Positions 9,685-20,600 of a stretch of 64,000 nt of DNA are shown here, piece after piece (position 1 is the stretch's first letter; each line of letters opens with the position of its first letter). The position numbers were made by a program, and so were the translations under genes. Source of the stretch: Candidatus Cloacimonadales bacterium (GTDB lineage: Bacteria > Cloacimonadota > Cloacimonadia > Cloacimonadales > JAFGVF01); contig CAXXJV010000001.1 of assembly GCA_963663475.2 (NCBI GenBank), forward strand, positions 736,001-800,000, written 5' to 3'. Below the pieces are notes generated by a model that did no database searches, was not told the origin of the DNA, and was given only the letters and a program-made list of their open reading frames with translations.

Positions 9685-10590
9685 ATGCTAGAACTTATCA
9701 AAAAGTGGACAGGTCTTTTTCTCTTGGGGGCGGTAGGATTAGGCTTTCTTTTCCCAATTTTCTCTAGCTTCAAGCCAGTGATGATTCCGCTTCTCATGGT
9801 CCTGCTTTATTGCTCTTTCGTGAGGATGAAGTTTCAAAGAAAGAAGTTTATCCGTAGGGAATTGTTAATTTTTCCTGTAATCTCTTGGCTTATTTTTCCT
9901 CCTCTAATTTATTATGGAACAGGTTGGTTGGGGACTGATTTACAGATAGGTTTTCTATTAGCAGTGATAACTCCTCCTGCCCTAGGTTCGCCAGTAATGG
10001 TTTCTTTAGCTAAGGGGGATTTAGAGTTTACTGTGGCGAATGTTACTTTATTTAACTTACTTTCTCCCCTTATATTTGCCTTAATTCCTAGCATTTTTTT
10101 GCTAAAAACGGATATGGAAATTAACTTTCTTAATATTTTCCTGAGGGTAACAATGATAATTTTTATACCTTTGCTGCTAGCTTATTTTACAGAAAAATCT
10201 AATAGGTTAAAAGATTTTATTCTCAAGAAAGTAGATCCATTTAAAGCATTAATTCAGATGTTCTTAATTGTTATAGCTGTGGCAAATTCTGCTAAACAAA
10301 TTAGAGAAATGCCCAATTCCCACCTTTTGCAGGTTTTTATTACTAGTTTTCTGATTAGTGGGATACTCTATTTAACAGGCTGGCTACTGGCAAATTCAAA
10401 GAAAATGAAATATACCTTACCAATAACAAGTGGACATAAGAATACCCTTTTAACTATCACGCTAGCAATAGGGACTTTTAATGAAATTACTGCTCTCCCA
10501 GCAGTCTTTTACTTAATTGCTCATCATACTTTCAATGGAATAATTATTAACCTTAGTCGAAAAACTAAAGAAGAAGAGATACCTGCATGA
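9685..10590 (+). CDS. Bile acid:sodium symporter (BASS) family transporter
   Basis: Multi-TM protein with a P-A-GS-VM--LA-GD motif and a C-terminal G-KN--L motif. Confidence 0.75.
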   Translation: MLELIKKWTGLFLLGAVGLGFLFPIFSSFKPVMIPLLMVLLYCSFVRMKFQRKKFIRRELLIFPVISWLIFPPLIYYGTGWLGTDLQIGFLLAVITPPALGSPVMVSLAKGDLEFTVANVTLFNLLSPLIFALIPSIFLLKTDMEINFLNIFLRVTMIIFIPLLLAYFTEKSNRLKDFILKKVDPFKALIQMFLIVIAVANSAKQIREMPNSHLLQVFITSFLISGILYLTGWLLANSKKMKYTLPITSGHKNTLLTITLAIGTFNEITALPAVFYLIAHHTFNGIIINLSRKTKEEEIPA

Positions 10591-11297
10591 AACAAAACAA
10601 AGACTTAATTAAAGCTTATCTTAAAGAAGTGGTTAGGCCCTTATATAATAAATTTGCTAATAAATATGCTACAGAATTGGGTTACTGGAAGAAAATATAT
10701 CTGAGGGATGGAGAGTCTTTTGAGAATGATTTTTATAAGAAAATATTCTTAAACTTAGCTCAAGAGAATGATGATAAATTCTTAGAGAATAAAATTGTTG
10801 CAGACTTCGGGTGCGGTCCTAGGGGCAGTCTTAAATGGATTAAATCTGCTAAACAGAAGATTGGTATTGATGTCTTAGCTGACCAATATTTAGATTCTTT
10901 CGGACAAGACATGCTTACCCATGATATGGTATATCTTAAATCAACAGAGAAAATTATACCACTTCCTAATGAATCGCTAGATGTTATGTTTACTCTTAAT
11001 GCTATGGACCATGTTGATAACTTTCCCCAAATGTGTAATGAAATTTATCGAACAATCAGGAAGAAGGGTGTCTTGTATGCTTCTTTTAACCTGGAAGAAA
11101 AAGCAACTTCTGCAGAACCTCAGTGTCTTAGTGAAAAGTTAATACATAAATATTTACTTGATAAATTTGAAATTCTTACTTATAGGGTTACTAATCAAGG
11201 ACCACAAGGAAATCTCTTCCAACCATTGTATGAAGATGATCTTCATTATGATCCTGGGCAAGAAGGTATTCTTTGGGTTAAGGCTAGAAAAGAGTGA
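10587..11297 (+). CDS. Class I SAM-dependent methyltransferase
   Basis: VADFGCGPRG motif I, IPLPNESLDV and NAMDHV. Confidence 0.85.
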   Translation: MKQNKDLIKAYLKEVVRPLYNKFANKYATELGYWKKIYLRDGESFENDFYKKIFLNLAQENDDKFLENKIVADFGCGPRGSLKWIKSAKQKIGIDVLADQYLDSFGQDMLTHDMVYLKSTEKIIPLPNESLDVMFTLNAMDHVDNFPQMCNEIYRTIRKKGVLYASFNLEEKATSAEPQCLSEKLIHKYLLDKFEILTYRVTNQGPQGNLFQPLYEDDLHYDPGQEGILWVKARKE

Positions 11298-11354
11298 TAG
11301 TATCCACGAATTACACTAATTATACTAAAAAGATGGTAAATGGGAAGAATGGGG

Positions 11355-11512
11355 AAGCAGGGATGCTTATGGACTGATGGCATCCTGCCATCAGATTTGT
11401 GCAAGCAGGGATGCTTATGGACTGATGGCATCCTGCCATCAGATTTGTGCAAGCAAGGATGCTTATGGACTGATGGCATCCTGCCATCAGATTTGTGCAA
11501 GCAAGGATGCTT
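11355..11512 (+). repeat. 48-bp tandem repeat (~3.3 copies) of REP-like palindromes
   Basis: Unit AAGCAGGGATGCTTATGGACTGATGGCATCCTGCCATCAGATTTGTGC at 11355, 11403, 11451 and 11499; a further partial copy at 11931-11981. Confidence 0.92.
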
Positions 11513-11527
11513 ACACTCCATAGGCTC

Positions 11528-11930
11528 CGTAACCACTTGTCATCTGCGTAAAAGCGGGCTGGAATCTCACGACTCAAATACGGGCAGACTTTTAGCAAGC
11601 TAATTTTTTCCTAAACTCTGTGTAACTCTGTGATAACCTCTGTGGACTCTGTGTTAAGGTTCTTAAAAAATCCGTGGATAGACTTCTTTTGTAGGTAGTA
11701 TTATACTGCCTACTGCGGGCAAGGATGCCCGCCTTCCCAGTTAGTCCCGCGACCCAATCCCGTAACCACTTGTCACCTGCGTAAACGCGGGCTAGAATCC
11801 CGCGACCCAATCCCGTAACCACTTGTCACCTGCGTAAACGCGGGCTAGAATCCCGCGACCCAATCCCGTAACCACTTGTCACCTGCGTAAACGCGGGCTA
11901 GAATCCCGCGACCCCTTTTTACACAGTCTG
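11528..11930 (-). repeat. 53-bp repeat family on the minus strand: one unit with leader (11528-11686), a 3-unit array (11746-11914) and an IS1182-like end (11916-11930)
   Basis: Reverse complement of TGGGTCGCGGGATTCTAGCCCGCGTTTACGCAGGTGACAAGTGGTTACGGGAT. The leader matches 46620-46680 and 53710-53771. Confidence 0.9.
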
Positions 11931-12457
11931 GGCATCTTGCCATCAGATTTGTGCAAGCAAAGATGCTTCCACTCCATAGGCCAGCAAAGAATCTAGCACT
12001 CTTCACCTGTAATACGTAGCGTTAGCGAAGTATTATCAAAGTTTTAATGCACTATTCGGGTATAATATTAGAGGAAATAGATAAAATAGGCAAAAAAATA
12101 ATGATAAAAATCAGAATAAAAGCAGAAAAAAATTAAAAAACACAAAAAAAATAAAAAAAAGTTAAAATAAGAAAATTAAAATGCTAAAAGCATATATTCC
12201 AGATAAATAACAGGCTAAAAAACCTAAAAGCACAAAATAGAGAAAAAAGGCTATTTATAAGCTTTTTAGGAAGATAAGAAAGTGAAAAAGATATTCCCAA
12301 CTTATTGAATAATAACATTTTTTCAAAAAAGTATTTGACAGTAAAGGGGGTAAAATAAAGCTTGTTTAAGAATTTGGTACGATATTTGAAAAATACAGAG
12401 TGTGAAAAATAATTCTTGACAAGAAATGTGAGTTTGATTTTATAGCAATACATTCAC

Positions 12458-12532
12458 GCCAACGTGGCTCAATGGTAGAGCAGCTGATTTGTAATCAGCA
12501 GGTTGGGGGTTCGATTCCCTTCGTTGGCTCCA
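12458..12532 (+). tRNA. tRNA-Thr(TGT)
   Basis: Cloverleaf with anticodon arm GCTGA-TTTGTAA-TCAGC, GGTTCGATTC T-arm and CCA end. Confidence 0.96.
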
Positions 12533-12538
12533 TGTTGT

Positions 12539-12623
12539 GGAGAGGTTCCCGAGTGGTCAAAGGGAACAGACTGTAAATCTGTCGGCGAAGCCTTCGGAGG
12601 TTCAAATCCTCCTCTCTCCACCA
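12539..12623 (+). tRNA. tRNA-Tyr(GTA)
   Basis: ACAGA-CTGTAAA-TCTGT anticodon arm, long variable arm and CCA end. Confidence 0.96.
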
Positions 12624-12678
12624 TTTTTTTTATGTGGATGAAAAGCTATTTTAAATAGATATAATAACGAGCTAGATT

Positions 12679-12755
12679 GCGGGAGTAGCTCAGTTGGCTA
12701 GAGCATCAGCCTTCCAAGCTGAGGGTCGCGGGTTCGAATCCCGTTTCCCGCTCCA
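12679..12755 (+). tRNA. tRNA-Gly(TCC)
   Basis: TCAGC-CTTCCAA-GCTGA anticodon arm, GGTTCGAATC and CCA end. Confidence 0.96.
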
Positions 12756-12765
12756 TTTTCATGAA

Positions 12766-12841
<76 letters not shown>

Positions 12842-13022
12842 CTTGAAATAATAATTAGAGACAATCACTAAGATAAATTCAGTAACTATAAAGTATTAAA
12901 ATGAAGTTTATTCTTAGTATAAATTAAGGAAAAGACCGCACAAGTGCGGTGTATTTGTGTTTAAACAAAGTCCTTACAAACCATAAACAAAATAAGAAAG
13001 ATAAGAAAATCCGGGAGGAAAC

Positions 13023-14204
13023 ATGGCAAAGGCAAAATTTGTTAGAACTAAACCTCATGTTAATGTTGGAACTATTGGTCACGTTGACCACGGTAAAACA
13101 ACTTTAACTGCTGCAATAACACTATATTTAAGTAAGAAGAACGGTGCTACTTTCAGATCATTCGATTCTATTGATAATGCACCTGAAGAAAAAGAACGTG
13201 GAATCACTATTGCAACTGCTCACGTTGAATATGAATCAGAAAAAAGACACTATGCTCACGTTGACTGTCCTGGTCACGCTGACTATGTTAAAAATATGAT
13301 TACTGGTGCTGCTCAGATGGACGGTGCTATCCTTGTTGTTAGTGCTGCTGACGGTCCTATGCCTCAAACAAAAGAGCATATCCTCCTTGCAAGACAAGTT
13401 GGTGTTCCAGCTATCGTTGTTTTCATGAACAAGTGTGATCTTGTTGATGATGAAGAACTTCTTGAATTAGTTGAAATGGAAGTTAGAGAAATTCTTGAAA
13501 AATATGAATTCCCAGAAGATGTTCCATTTATCCGTGGTTCAGCTCTTAAAGGTCTTAATGGAGATCCTGAAGGTGAAGCACAAATTCAAGAACTTGTTGA
13601 TGCAATTGATTCTTATATTCCAGAACCAGATAGAGATCGTGACAAGCCATTCTTAATGCCTGTTGAAGACGTTTTCTCAATTCCTGGTCGTGGAACAGTT
13701 GCAACTGGTCGTGTTGAACGTGGTGTAATTAAAACTGGTGACAAGATCGAAAGAGTTGGTATCAGAGAAACTGTTGAAACAACATGTACTGGTGTTGAGA
13801 TGTTCAGAAAAATCATGGATCAAGCTGAAGCTGGTGATAACATTGGTTGTCTTCTTCGTGGTTTTGCTAAAACTGACGTTGAAAGAGGTATGGTTCTTGC
13901 TAAACCAAAATCAGTTAATCCTCACACAAAATTCACAGGTGAAACATATATTTTAACTAAAGATGAAGGTGGAAGACACAAACCTTTCTTCGATGGTTAC
14001 AGACCTCAATTCTATTTCAGAACAACTGACGTTACAGGTTCTTTATCACTTCCAGAAGGTGTAGAGATGATTATGCCTGGTGATAACGTTTCTATCGGTG
14101 CAGAACTTATCGTTCCTATCGCTTTAGAGCAAGGTCTTCGTTTCGCTATTCGTGAAGGTGGAAGAACTATCGGTGCAGGTGTTGTTGCAACCGTTATTGA
14201 CTAA
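13023..14204 (+). CDS. tuf: Elongation factor Tu
   Basis: [26 protein letters not shown] and NKCD motifs. Confidence 0.99.
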   Translation: MAKAKFVRTKPHVNVGTIGHVDHGKTTLTAAITLYLSKKNGATFRSFDSIDNAPEEKERGITIATAHVEYESEKRHYAHVDCPGHADYVKNMITGAAQMDGAILVVSAADGPMPQTKEHILLARQVGVPAIVVFMNKCDLVDDEELLELVEMEVREILEKYEFPEDVPFIRGSALKGLNGDPEGEAQIQELVDAIDSYIPEPDRDRDKPFLMPVEDVFSIPGRGTVATGRVERGVIKTGDKIERVGIRETVETTCTGVEMFRKIMDQAEAGDNIGCLLRGFAKTDVERGMVLAKPKSVNPHTKFTGETYILTKDEGGRHKPFFDGYRPQFYFRTTDVTGSLSLPEGVEMIMPGDNVSIGAELIVPIALEQGLRFAIREGGRTIGAGVVATVID

Positions 14205-14233
14205 TTAATCATAATTAGCTAAGAAGGTAAATA

Positions 14234-14383
14234 ATGAGAGATATTATAATTCTGGAATGTACAGAGTGTAAAAACAGAAACTATACTACAACCAGAAATA
14301 AAAGAAAAAATCCAGGTAAACTGGAGTTGAAAAAATTCTGTCCAGCTTGTAGAAAACATACTACACACAAGCAGAATAAATAA
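14234..14383 (+). CDS. rpmG: 50S ribosomal protein L33 (Zn-binding C+ form); below the ORF-track cutoff
   Basis: Manual translation [49 protein letters not shown]; position between tuf and tRNA-Trp. Confidence 0.96.
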   Translation: MRDIIILECTECKNRNYTTTRNKRKNPGKLELKKFCPACRKHTTHKQNK

Positions 14384-14393
14384 GTAGAAATAC

Positions 14394-14469
14394 AGGATAG
14401 TAGTTCAATTGGTAGAGCACTGGTCTCCAAAACCAGGTGTTGCGGGTTCGAGTCCTGCCTGTCCTGCCA
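14394..14469 (+). tRNA. tRNA-Trp(CCA)
   Basis: CTGGT-CTCCAAA-ACCAG anticodon arm and CCA end; typical position before secE. Confidence 0.96.
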
Positions 14470-14554
14470 TAGATTAGGCAAAGTCAGTAGGTAACTACTG
14501 GCTTTTTGCCCATTTAAAAATTTACATAATCTGCAAAAAAAAGACGGAAGAAAC

Positions 14555-14740
14555 ATGGGAAAAATATCAACATTTTTAAAAGAAGTTCGCCAAGAACTTG
14601 GAACAATATCATGGCCTAAAAAGCCTGATATTACAGAAGGTACAACAGTTGTTTTAACAATGACTGTCATTACAAGCATATTTTTAATGGTAGTTGATTT
14701 TGTTTTTAATACCGTGATAACAGAAACCTTATTTAGATAA
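14555..14740 (+). CDS. secE: Preprotein translocase subunit SecE
   Basis: FLKEVRQEL--ISWP motif plus one TM helix; synteny. Confidence 0.95.
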   Translation: MGKISTFLKEVRQELGTISWPKKPDITEGTTVVLTMTVITSIFLMVVDFVFNTVITETLFR

Positions 14741-14751
14741 GGGGATCTATT

Positions 14752-15273
14752 ATGCAATGGTATGTTGTACACACTTTCTCATCTCATGAAAATAGGATCA
14801 AAGAAACTATAGAAAAAAGTATTATTGGAACTGATTTAGAAGATTCAATCGGGCAGATCTTAGTTCCAACTCAGAAAACTTTTATTATTAGAGATGGAAA
14901 GAAAATCGAGACAGAAAAAAAAGTTTTTAACTCATACATCATTATTGAAGCAGAGATGGAACCAAAGGTCTATGCTTTTATAAAATCAATTTCAGGTGTA
15001 ACAAATTTTCTAGGATATGGGAAAAAACCTATTCCTTTAGATGAAAAAGAAGTTAATCGTCTTCTAGGTATTAATGATAGAGATGATTCTACAACCCAAT
15101 TTGATTTTATTCCTGGCGATATGGTAAAGATTATCGCTGGTGCATTTACAGATTTTGAGGGAGTGGTCGATAAGGTTGACCAATCTTCTGGAAAAATTAC
15201 TGTAAATGTTTCTGTTTTTGGCAGAATTACTCCTGTTGAAGTTAATGGTGAACAGGTTGAAAGAAAAAAATAG
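14752..15273 (+). CDS. nusG: Transcription termination/antitermination factor NusG
   Basis: WYVVHT N-terminus, KOW domain and VFGRITPVE. Confidence 0.97.
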   Translation: MQWYVVHTFSSHENRIKETIEKSIIGTDLEDSIGQILVPTQKTFIIRDGKKIETEKKVFNSYIIIEAEMEPKVYAFIKSISGVTNFLGYGKKPIPLDEKEVNRLLGINDRDDSTTQFDFIPGDMVKIIAGAFTDFEGVVDKVDQSSGKITVNVSVFGRITPVEVNGEQVERKK

Positions 15274-15347
15274 TTGGATTAAGTTCAAAGTCGTAAGTTT
15301 TTAACTTTGAACTTAAGACTTTGGACTAATAAAAAAAAGAGGTAGTT

Positions 15348-15779
15348 ATGGCTAAATTAAAAGGTGTAACAAACGTTGTCAAACTTCAGTTACCTGCTGG
15401 AAAAGCAACCCCGGCACCTCCCGTGGGACCTGCATTAGGTCAAGCTGGAGTGAATATTCCTGATTTTTGTAAACAGTTTAATGCTAAAACAGCTGACCAG
15501 CCAGGAATGATATTCCCTGTTGTTATCAGCGTGTTTAAAAACAAGTCTTTTGTATTTGAAATTAAGACTCCTCCGGCAGCTGTCCTAATTAAGAAAGAAG
15601 CAGGCCTTGCAAAAGGTTCTTCTGTTCCTAATAAGGATAAAGTTGGAAAGATTACTAAAGAACAATGCAAAAAAATTGCTGAATTAAAAGCACAAGATTT
15701 AAATAGTTTTTCCCTTGAATCTGCTATGCGCATGATCGCTGGGACTGCAAGGAGTATGGGAGTATTGGTCGAGGACTAA
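15348..15779 (+). CDS. rplK: 50S ribosomal protein L11
   Basis: [16 protein letters not shown] and IAGTARSMG motifs. Confidence 0.98.
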   Translation: MAKLKGVTNVVKLQLPAGKATPAPPVGPALGQAGVNIPDFCKQFNAKTADQPGMIFPVVISVFKNKSFVFEIKTPPAAVLIKKEAGLAKGSSVPNKDKVGKITKEQCKKIAELKAQDLNSFSLESAMRMIAGTARSMGVLVED

Positions 15780-15836
15780 TACTGAGGTAAGAAATATCTC
15801 AATTTGCAGGAGATTATAATCAAAGGAGAATAGTGG

Positions 15837-16544
15837 ATGAAGAGAAGTAAACGCTACAGAGAAGCATTTTCAAAAGTTGATCGCCAAAGTAGATATGATT
15901 TAACAACCGCTATCAATTTGTTAAAGGAAGTTCCTGTAACAAAATTTGATGAAACAGTTGAAATTCATATGAATTTAGGTGTTGACCCAAGAAAAGCTGA
16001 TCAGCAAATTAGAAGCTCTCTTGTTCTTCCTCACGGAACTGGAAAACAAGTTAGAGTTCTAGTCTTTGCTGAAGGAGAAAAAGCAGACCAAGCTAAGGCA
16101 GCTGGTGCAGAATTCGTTGGTGTTGATGAGTATATCAATAAAATAACCAAAGAGAATTGGATGGAATTCGATACTGTTATCGCAACTCCAAACTTAATGG
16201 GTAAGATTGGTAGATTAGGTAGAGTTTTAGGACCAAGAGGTCTTATGCCTAACCCTAAGGTTGGTACCGTTACTATGGATGTTGAGAAAGCAGTTACAGA
16301 AGCAAAATCTGGTAAAGTCGTATATAGGGTTGATAAATTTTCAAATATTCATGTTCCTGCAGGTAAATTAAGTTTTGCAGCAGACAACATTAAGGAAAAT
16401 TTAATCACAATTATTGCAGCTATTTTGAAAGATAGACCTTCCACAGTGAAGGGTACTTTTATCAAAAGTATGACATTGACCTCAACCATGGGACCTGGTG
16501 TAAAGCTTGATGTTCCTGGTGTAACCTTAGAAGCAAAAGCATAG
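15837..16544 (+). CDS. rplA: 50S ribosomal protein L1
   Basis: KFDETVE, LPHGTGK and [11 protein letters not shown] motifs. Confidence 0.98.
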   Translation: MKRSKRYREAFSKVDRQSRYDLTTAINLLKEVPVTKFDETVEIHMNLGVDPRKADQQIRSSLVLPHGTGKQVRVLVFAEGEKADQAKAAGAEFVGVDEYINKITKENWMEFDTVIATPNLMGKIGRLGRVLGPRGLMPNPKVGTVTMDVEKAVTEAKSGKVVYRVDKFSNIHVPAGKLSFAADNIKENLITIIAAILKDRPSTVKGTFIKSMTLTSTMGPGVKLDVPGVTLEAKA

Positions 16545-16553
16545 GAGAGGATC

Positions 16554-17063
16554 ATGGTACAACCTTATAAAGTAAGTGTAGTAAAAGATTTAAAAGAACG
16601 ACTTGACAGTGCCAAAGCGATAGTCTTAGTAGATTATAAGGGAATAAATATTGAAGAAGTAGATGAGCTTCGCAAAAGATTCAGAAATAATGATGTTGAT
16701 TATTTTGTACAGAAAAACACTTTAGTTAAAATAGCACTAAATGAATTAGGTATCAATGATTTAGATAGTCATTTAGTTGGCCCTACAGGGGTAGCTGTTT
16801 GTAAGAGTGATGAGATATCAGCAGCAAGAGAAATGGCAAAATTCGTTAAAGAAGTAATGGAAGAGAAGCCTTTCCCTACATTTAAAGCTGGATTAGTTGA
16901 TGGAGTTTTATATTTAAAGGAAGATCTTAGTAAACTTTCTAAAATTCCGTCTAGAGATGAATTGTTGGCTAAAATGTTTGGTAGCATGAAAGCCCCAATT
17001 TCAAGCTTCGTACGCTTAATTGATGCGATAGCTAAGAAAGACGAAGAAGCAAAAGCTGAATAA
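16554..17063 (+). CDS. rplJ: 50S ribosomal protein L10
   Basis: DYKG, KNTL, GPT and PSRDELLA motifs; synteny. Confidence 0.96.
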   Translation: MVQPYKVSVVKDLKERLDSAKAIVLVDYKGINIEEVDELRKRFRNNDVDYFVQKNTLVKIALNELGINDLDSHLVGPTGVAVCKSDEISAAREMAKFVKEVMEEKPFPTFKAGLVDGVLYLKEDLSKLSKIPSRDELLAKMFGSMKAPISSFVRLIDAIAKKDEEAKAE

Positions 17064-17086
17064 AAAATATAATCATGGAGGAATAC

Positions 17087-17452
17087 ATGTCCGATAAAAA
17101 ACAGCAAATTATTGATCTTGTAAAAGAGATGAGTGTAATGGAGTTATCCGAATTAGTTACTGAAATGGAAGAAATTTTTGGTGTATCAGCAGCAGCTGCT
17201 GTTGCTGTAGCTGCAGGTCCTGCAGAAGCTGCAGAAGAGAAAACAGAATTTGATGTTGTTCTTGTAAGCGCAGGTGCTAAAAAGATTAATGTAATTAAGG
17301 CTGTAAGAGAAATCACCAAACTTGGTCTTAAAGAAGCAAAAGGCTTGGTAGATACAGCTCCACAAACAGTTGCAGAAGCAGTCACAAAAGATGAAGCTGA
17401 AGCAATGAAGAAATCATTTGAAGATGCTGGTGCAACAGTAGAAATCAAATAA
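17087..17452 (+). CDS. rplL: 50S ribosomal protein L7/L12
   Basis: GGAGG RBS before the ATG at 17087; [17 protein letters not shown] and LGLKEAK motifs. Confidence 0.98.
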   Translation: MSDKKQQIIDLVKEMSVMELSELVTEMEEIFGVSAAAAVAVAAGPAEAAEEKTEFDVVLVSAGAKKINVIKAVREITKLGLKEAKGLVDTAPQTVAEAVTKDEAEAMKKSFEDAGATVEIK

Positions 17453-17642
17453 GACAATTAGAAACAACTATAGATGGAAGTGGGCCTTTAGGCTCATTTC
17501 CCTATTTTATTTTAATATATTAGAAAACATAGTGTCGAAATCAAAAAGAGTCTAAATATAATTTACTTACAATGGTTTCGTTTTTTGTTACAAAAAACAA
17601 CAGTCGATCTTTAATCTATGAACATTATAAAGGAGTGGGCTT

Positions 17643-20600
17643 TTGAAAAAGTTCAAAAGTTATTCCAGAATATCCAAGAAATTTATCGAGTTGGGAATAC
17701 CGCAAGTAGAAGTACCAAATCTTTTATCTATGCAGGTTGATTCTTTTGAAGATTTTATTCAAAAAGATGTTCATCCCCAACAGCGAACTAATTTCGGATT
17801 GCAAGCTGTTTTTGAGAATTTATTTCCCATCACAGACCCAAAAGAAAACTATGAATTAGAATTTGTAGAATACCGAATCTTAAAAGAAAAATATTCAATT
17901 GATGAATGTATTGAAAGAAATTTATCGTACCAAGTTCCCTTAAAAATAAAATTAAGATTAAAAGTCTATGAAGTTGATGAAAATGAAAGTTTTGATATCA
18001 TCGTAGATTCTGTCGGTAGTAATACAAATGATGTAAAGCAGTTTTTAATAACAGGTCTAAATTGGGATGAAGTTTCAGCTACAAATATACTGGAAGCAGT
18101 AGAAACTAATGAAGATACCAATAGGATAATTAATTCTTGTGATGAAGCTGAAGACGCAAAACAAATTCTGAACACCTTAAAAACTTTCGGAGTAACAGGA
18201 AGAATCCAAAAGAGGATTGATAAAACAAGAACTCTGAGAGATATAATGGAACAAGAAGTTTTCCTAGGTGATATTCCTTTAATTACAGAACAAGGAACGT
18301 TCGTAATTAACGGAGCTGAAAGAGTCATTATATCACAGTTACAAAGATCACCTGGTGTGTATTTTTCTGAAGAGAAACACCCAAGTGGAAAGATGCTTAT
18401 ATCATCAAAAATTATCCCATATAATGGAAGCTGGTTAGAATTCCATATCGACATACATGATGTTGTATTTGTGAATATCGATAAAAGAAGAAAGTTACCT
18501 GTGTCTATTCTGCTTAGAGCTGTTGGATATATTCCAGACAACTATACAGAAATTCCTGAAGCTAGAGAAACTCTCCGTCTCTCTGACGAAAAAGGTAATG
18601 TTTCCTTAAAAGCAAAAAATTCTTATGCATATGCTGATATTTATGATCCTCGTGAGGGTCGTGAAGACCAGATATTAGTTAAGGCAAAAACAAAACTTAA
18701 CAACGAAATTGTTGAAGAATTATTAAGTGCTGGTATCATTGAAATTGATACAATAAATAATAAATATATCTCTACAGATACAGTTCTTAGAGAAATCTTC
18801 TATGATATTGAAGAAATCTCTACCAATAAGGCTGAAAAGAGATTTACTGCTTATGAAATCATCGCATCTGATGGTTCTTTATTAGCAGAAGCTAATACTG
18901 AAATTGATAAAGAACTTATTAAAGATCTTATTGATTGTGGTATTAAAAAAGTTAAAGTTGTTTCTGAAGAGAGTGATTTTAATCGTAAGATTTTAGAGAA
19001 GACACTCCTTAAAGATCCAACACGTAATCAAGAAGAAGCTGCTCAAAAAATCTATAGTTTAGTTAGACCAGGCGAAGATGAAGTGCCTATTGAAAATGCT
19101 ATGGATCTTATTGATAAAATGTTCTTTAACTCAAAAAGATATAATTTAGGTAATGTGGGAAGACATAAGTTAAATGCTAAATTAGGTTTTGAGCCTGATT
19201 ATGGTACTAATGTTCTTACCCAGAAAGATTTTACAGAAATTATTCATTATATGATTGCTATTTTCAAGGATGAAAAAGATATCGATGATATTGATCACCT
19301 TGCAAATAGAAGAGTTAGAACTGTTGGCGAACTCTTAGAAGAGCAATATAAGACAGGTCTATCTATGATAGCTAGAATTGCTTTAGAAAGAATGGCTATT
19401 GCTAATCCTGATGAGGTTACTGTTCATGATTTGATTAACAGTAATGCGCTTATCACAGTTATTGATTCATTCTTCTTAACAGGTCAGCTTTCACAGTTTA
19501 TGGACCAAACTAATCCTCTTTCTGCTCTTACTCATAAGAGAAGATTGTCTGCTTTAGGACCTGGTGGTTTGGCCAGAGATAGAGCTGGTTTTGAAGTACG
19601 TGATATTCACTACTCTCATTACGGCAGAATCTGTCCGATTGAAACACCTGAAGGACCAAGTATTGGACTTCTAAATTCTCCAGCTATTTATTCGCGTATT
19701 AATGAGTTTGGCTTCTTAGAAACTCCTTATATTAGAGTAGAAAATGGTGTAATTACTAATAGAGTTGATTATTTAGATGCTCATGAAGAGGATAAGTATA
19801 TTATTGCTCAGCATGTAAATATTGATGATGATTTAGTTATTACAGATAAATATATCTTTGCTCGTGAAAAGGATGAATATGTCAATGTTACTCCAGAACA
19901 AATTGATTACATTGATGTTTCTCCACAGCAAGTTGTATCAGTATCAGCAGCATTGGTTCCATTCTTGGAACATGATGATGCTAACCGTGCTTTGATGGGA
20001 TCTAACATGCAGAGACAATCTGTTCCACTGTTAAATCCTCAAACACCTATTATAGGTACTGGTATTGAGAAGATAGTTGCCAGAGAATCTGGTGCTGTTA
20101 TTTTAGCTAAATATAATGGTGAAGTAACTAATGTTACTGCTGAATATATTGATATTAAACCTGATGCATCTAATGATGATATCGATTTAATTAGAGAAGA
20201 AAGAGTTTACTTAAAGAAATATGTGAGATCTAATCAAGATACATGTATTAACCAACGTCCTATTGTCAAGATTGGAGATAAGGTTACTAAAGGACAGCCA
20301 ATATCTGATGGGCCTGGTATCGAAGGAGATAGATTAGCCCTTGGTTCTAATATGGTTGTTGCTTTCATGCCTTGGTATGGATATAACTATGAGGATGCTA
20401 TTATTCTTAGTGAACATGTGGCACGTAAAGATACTCTTACCTCAATCTATATCGAAGAGTTAGAAGTTCTTGTTAGAGATTTAAAGAACGGAAAAGAAGA
20501 GCTAGCAAGTGATATTCCTAATGTCCCTGTTAATTCTTTAAGAAACTTAGATAAATCTGGTATTATCAGAGTTGGTTCTGTTATTACTGCTGGCGATGTT

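Noticed and set aside
17985-18212. Intein explanation for the RpoB/RpoC inserts and the helicase HNH insert
   Set aside because: No C/S...HN-C/S/T splice junction motifs or LAGLIDADG blocks; the inserts resemble L12-CTD, BBM2, SBHM and stand-alone HNH domains.
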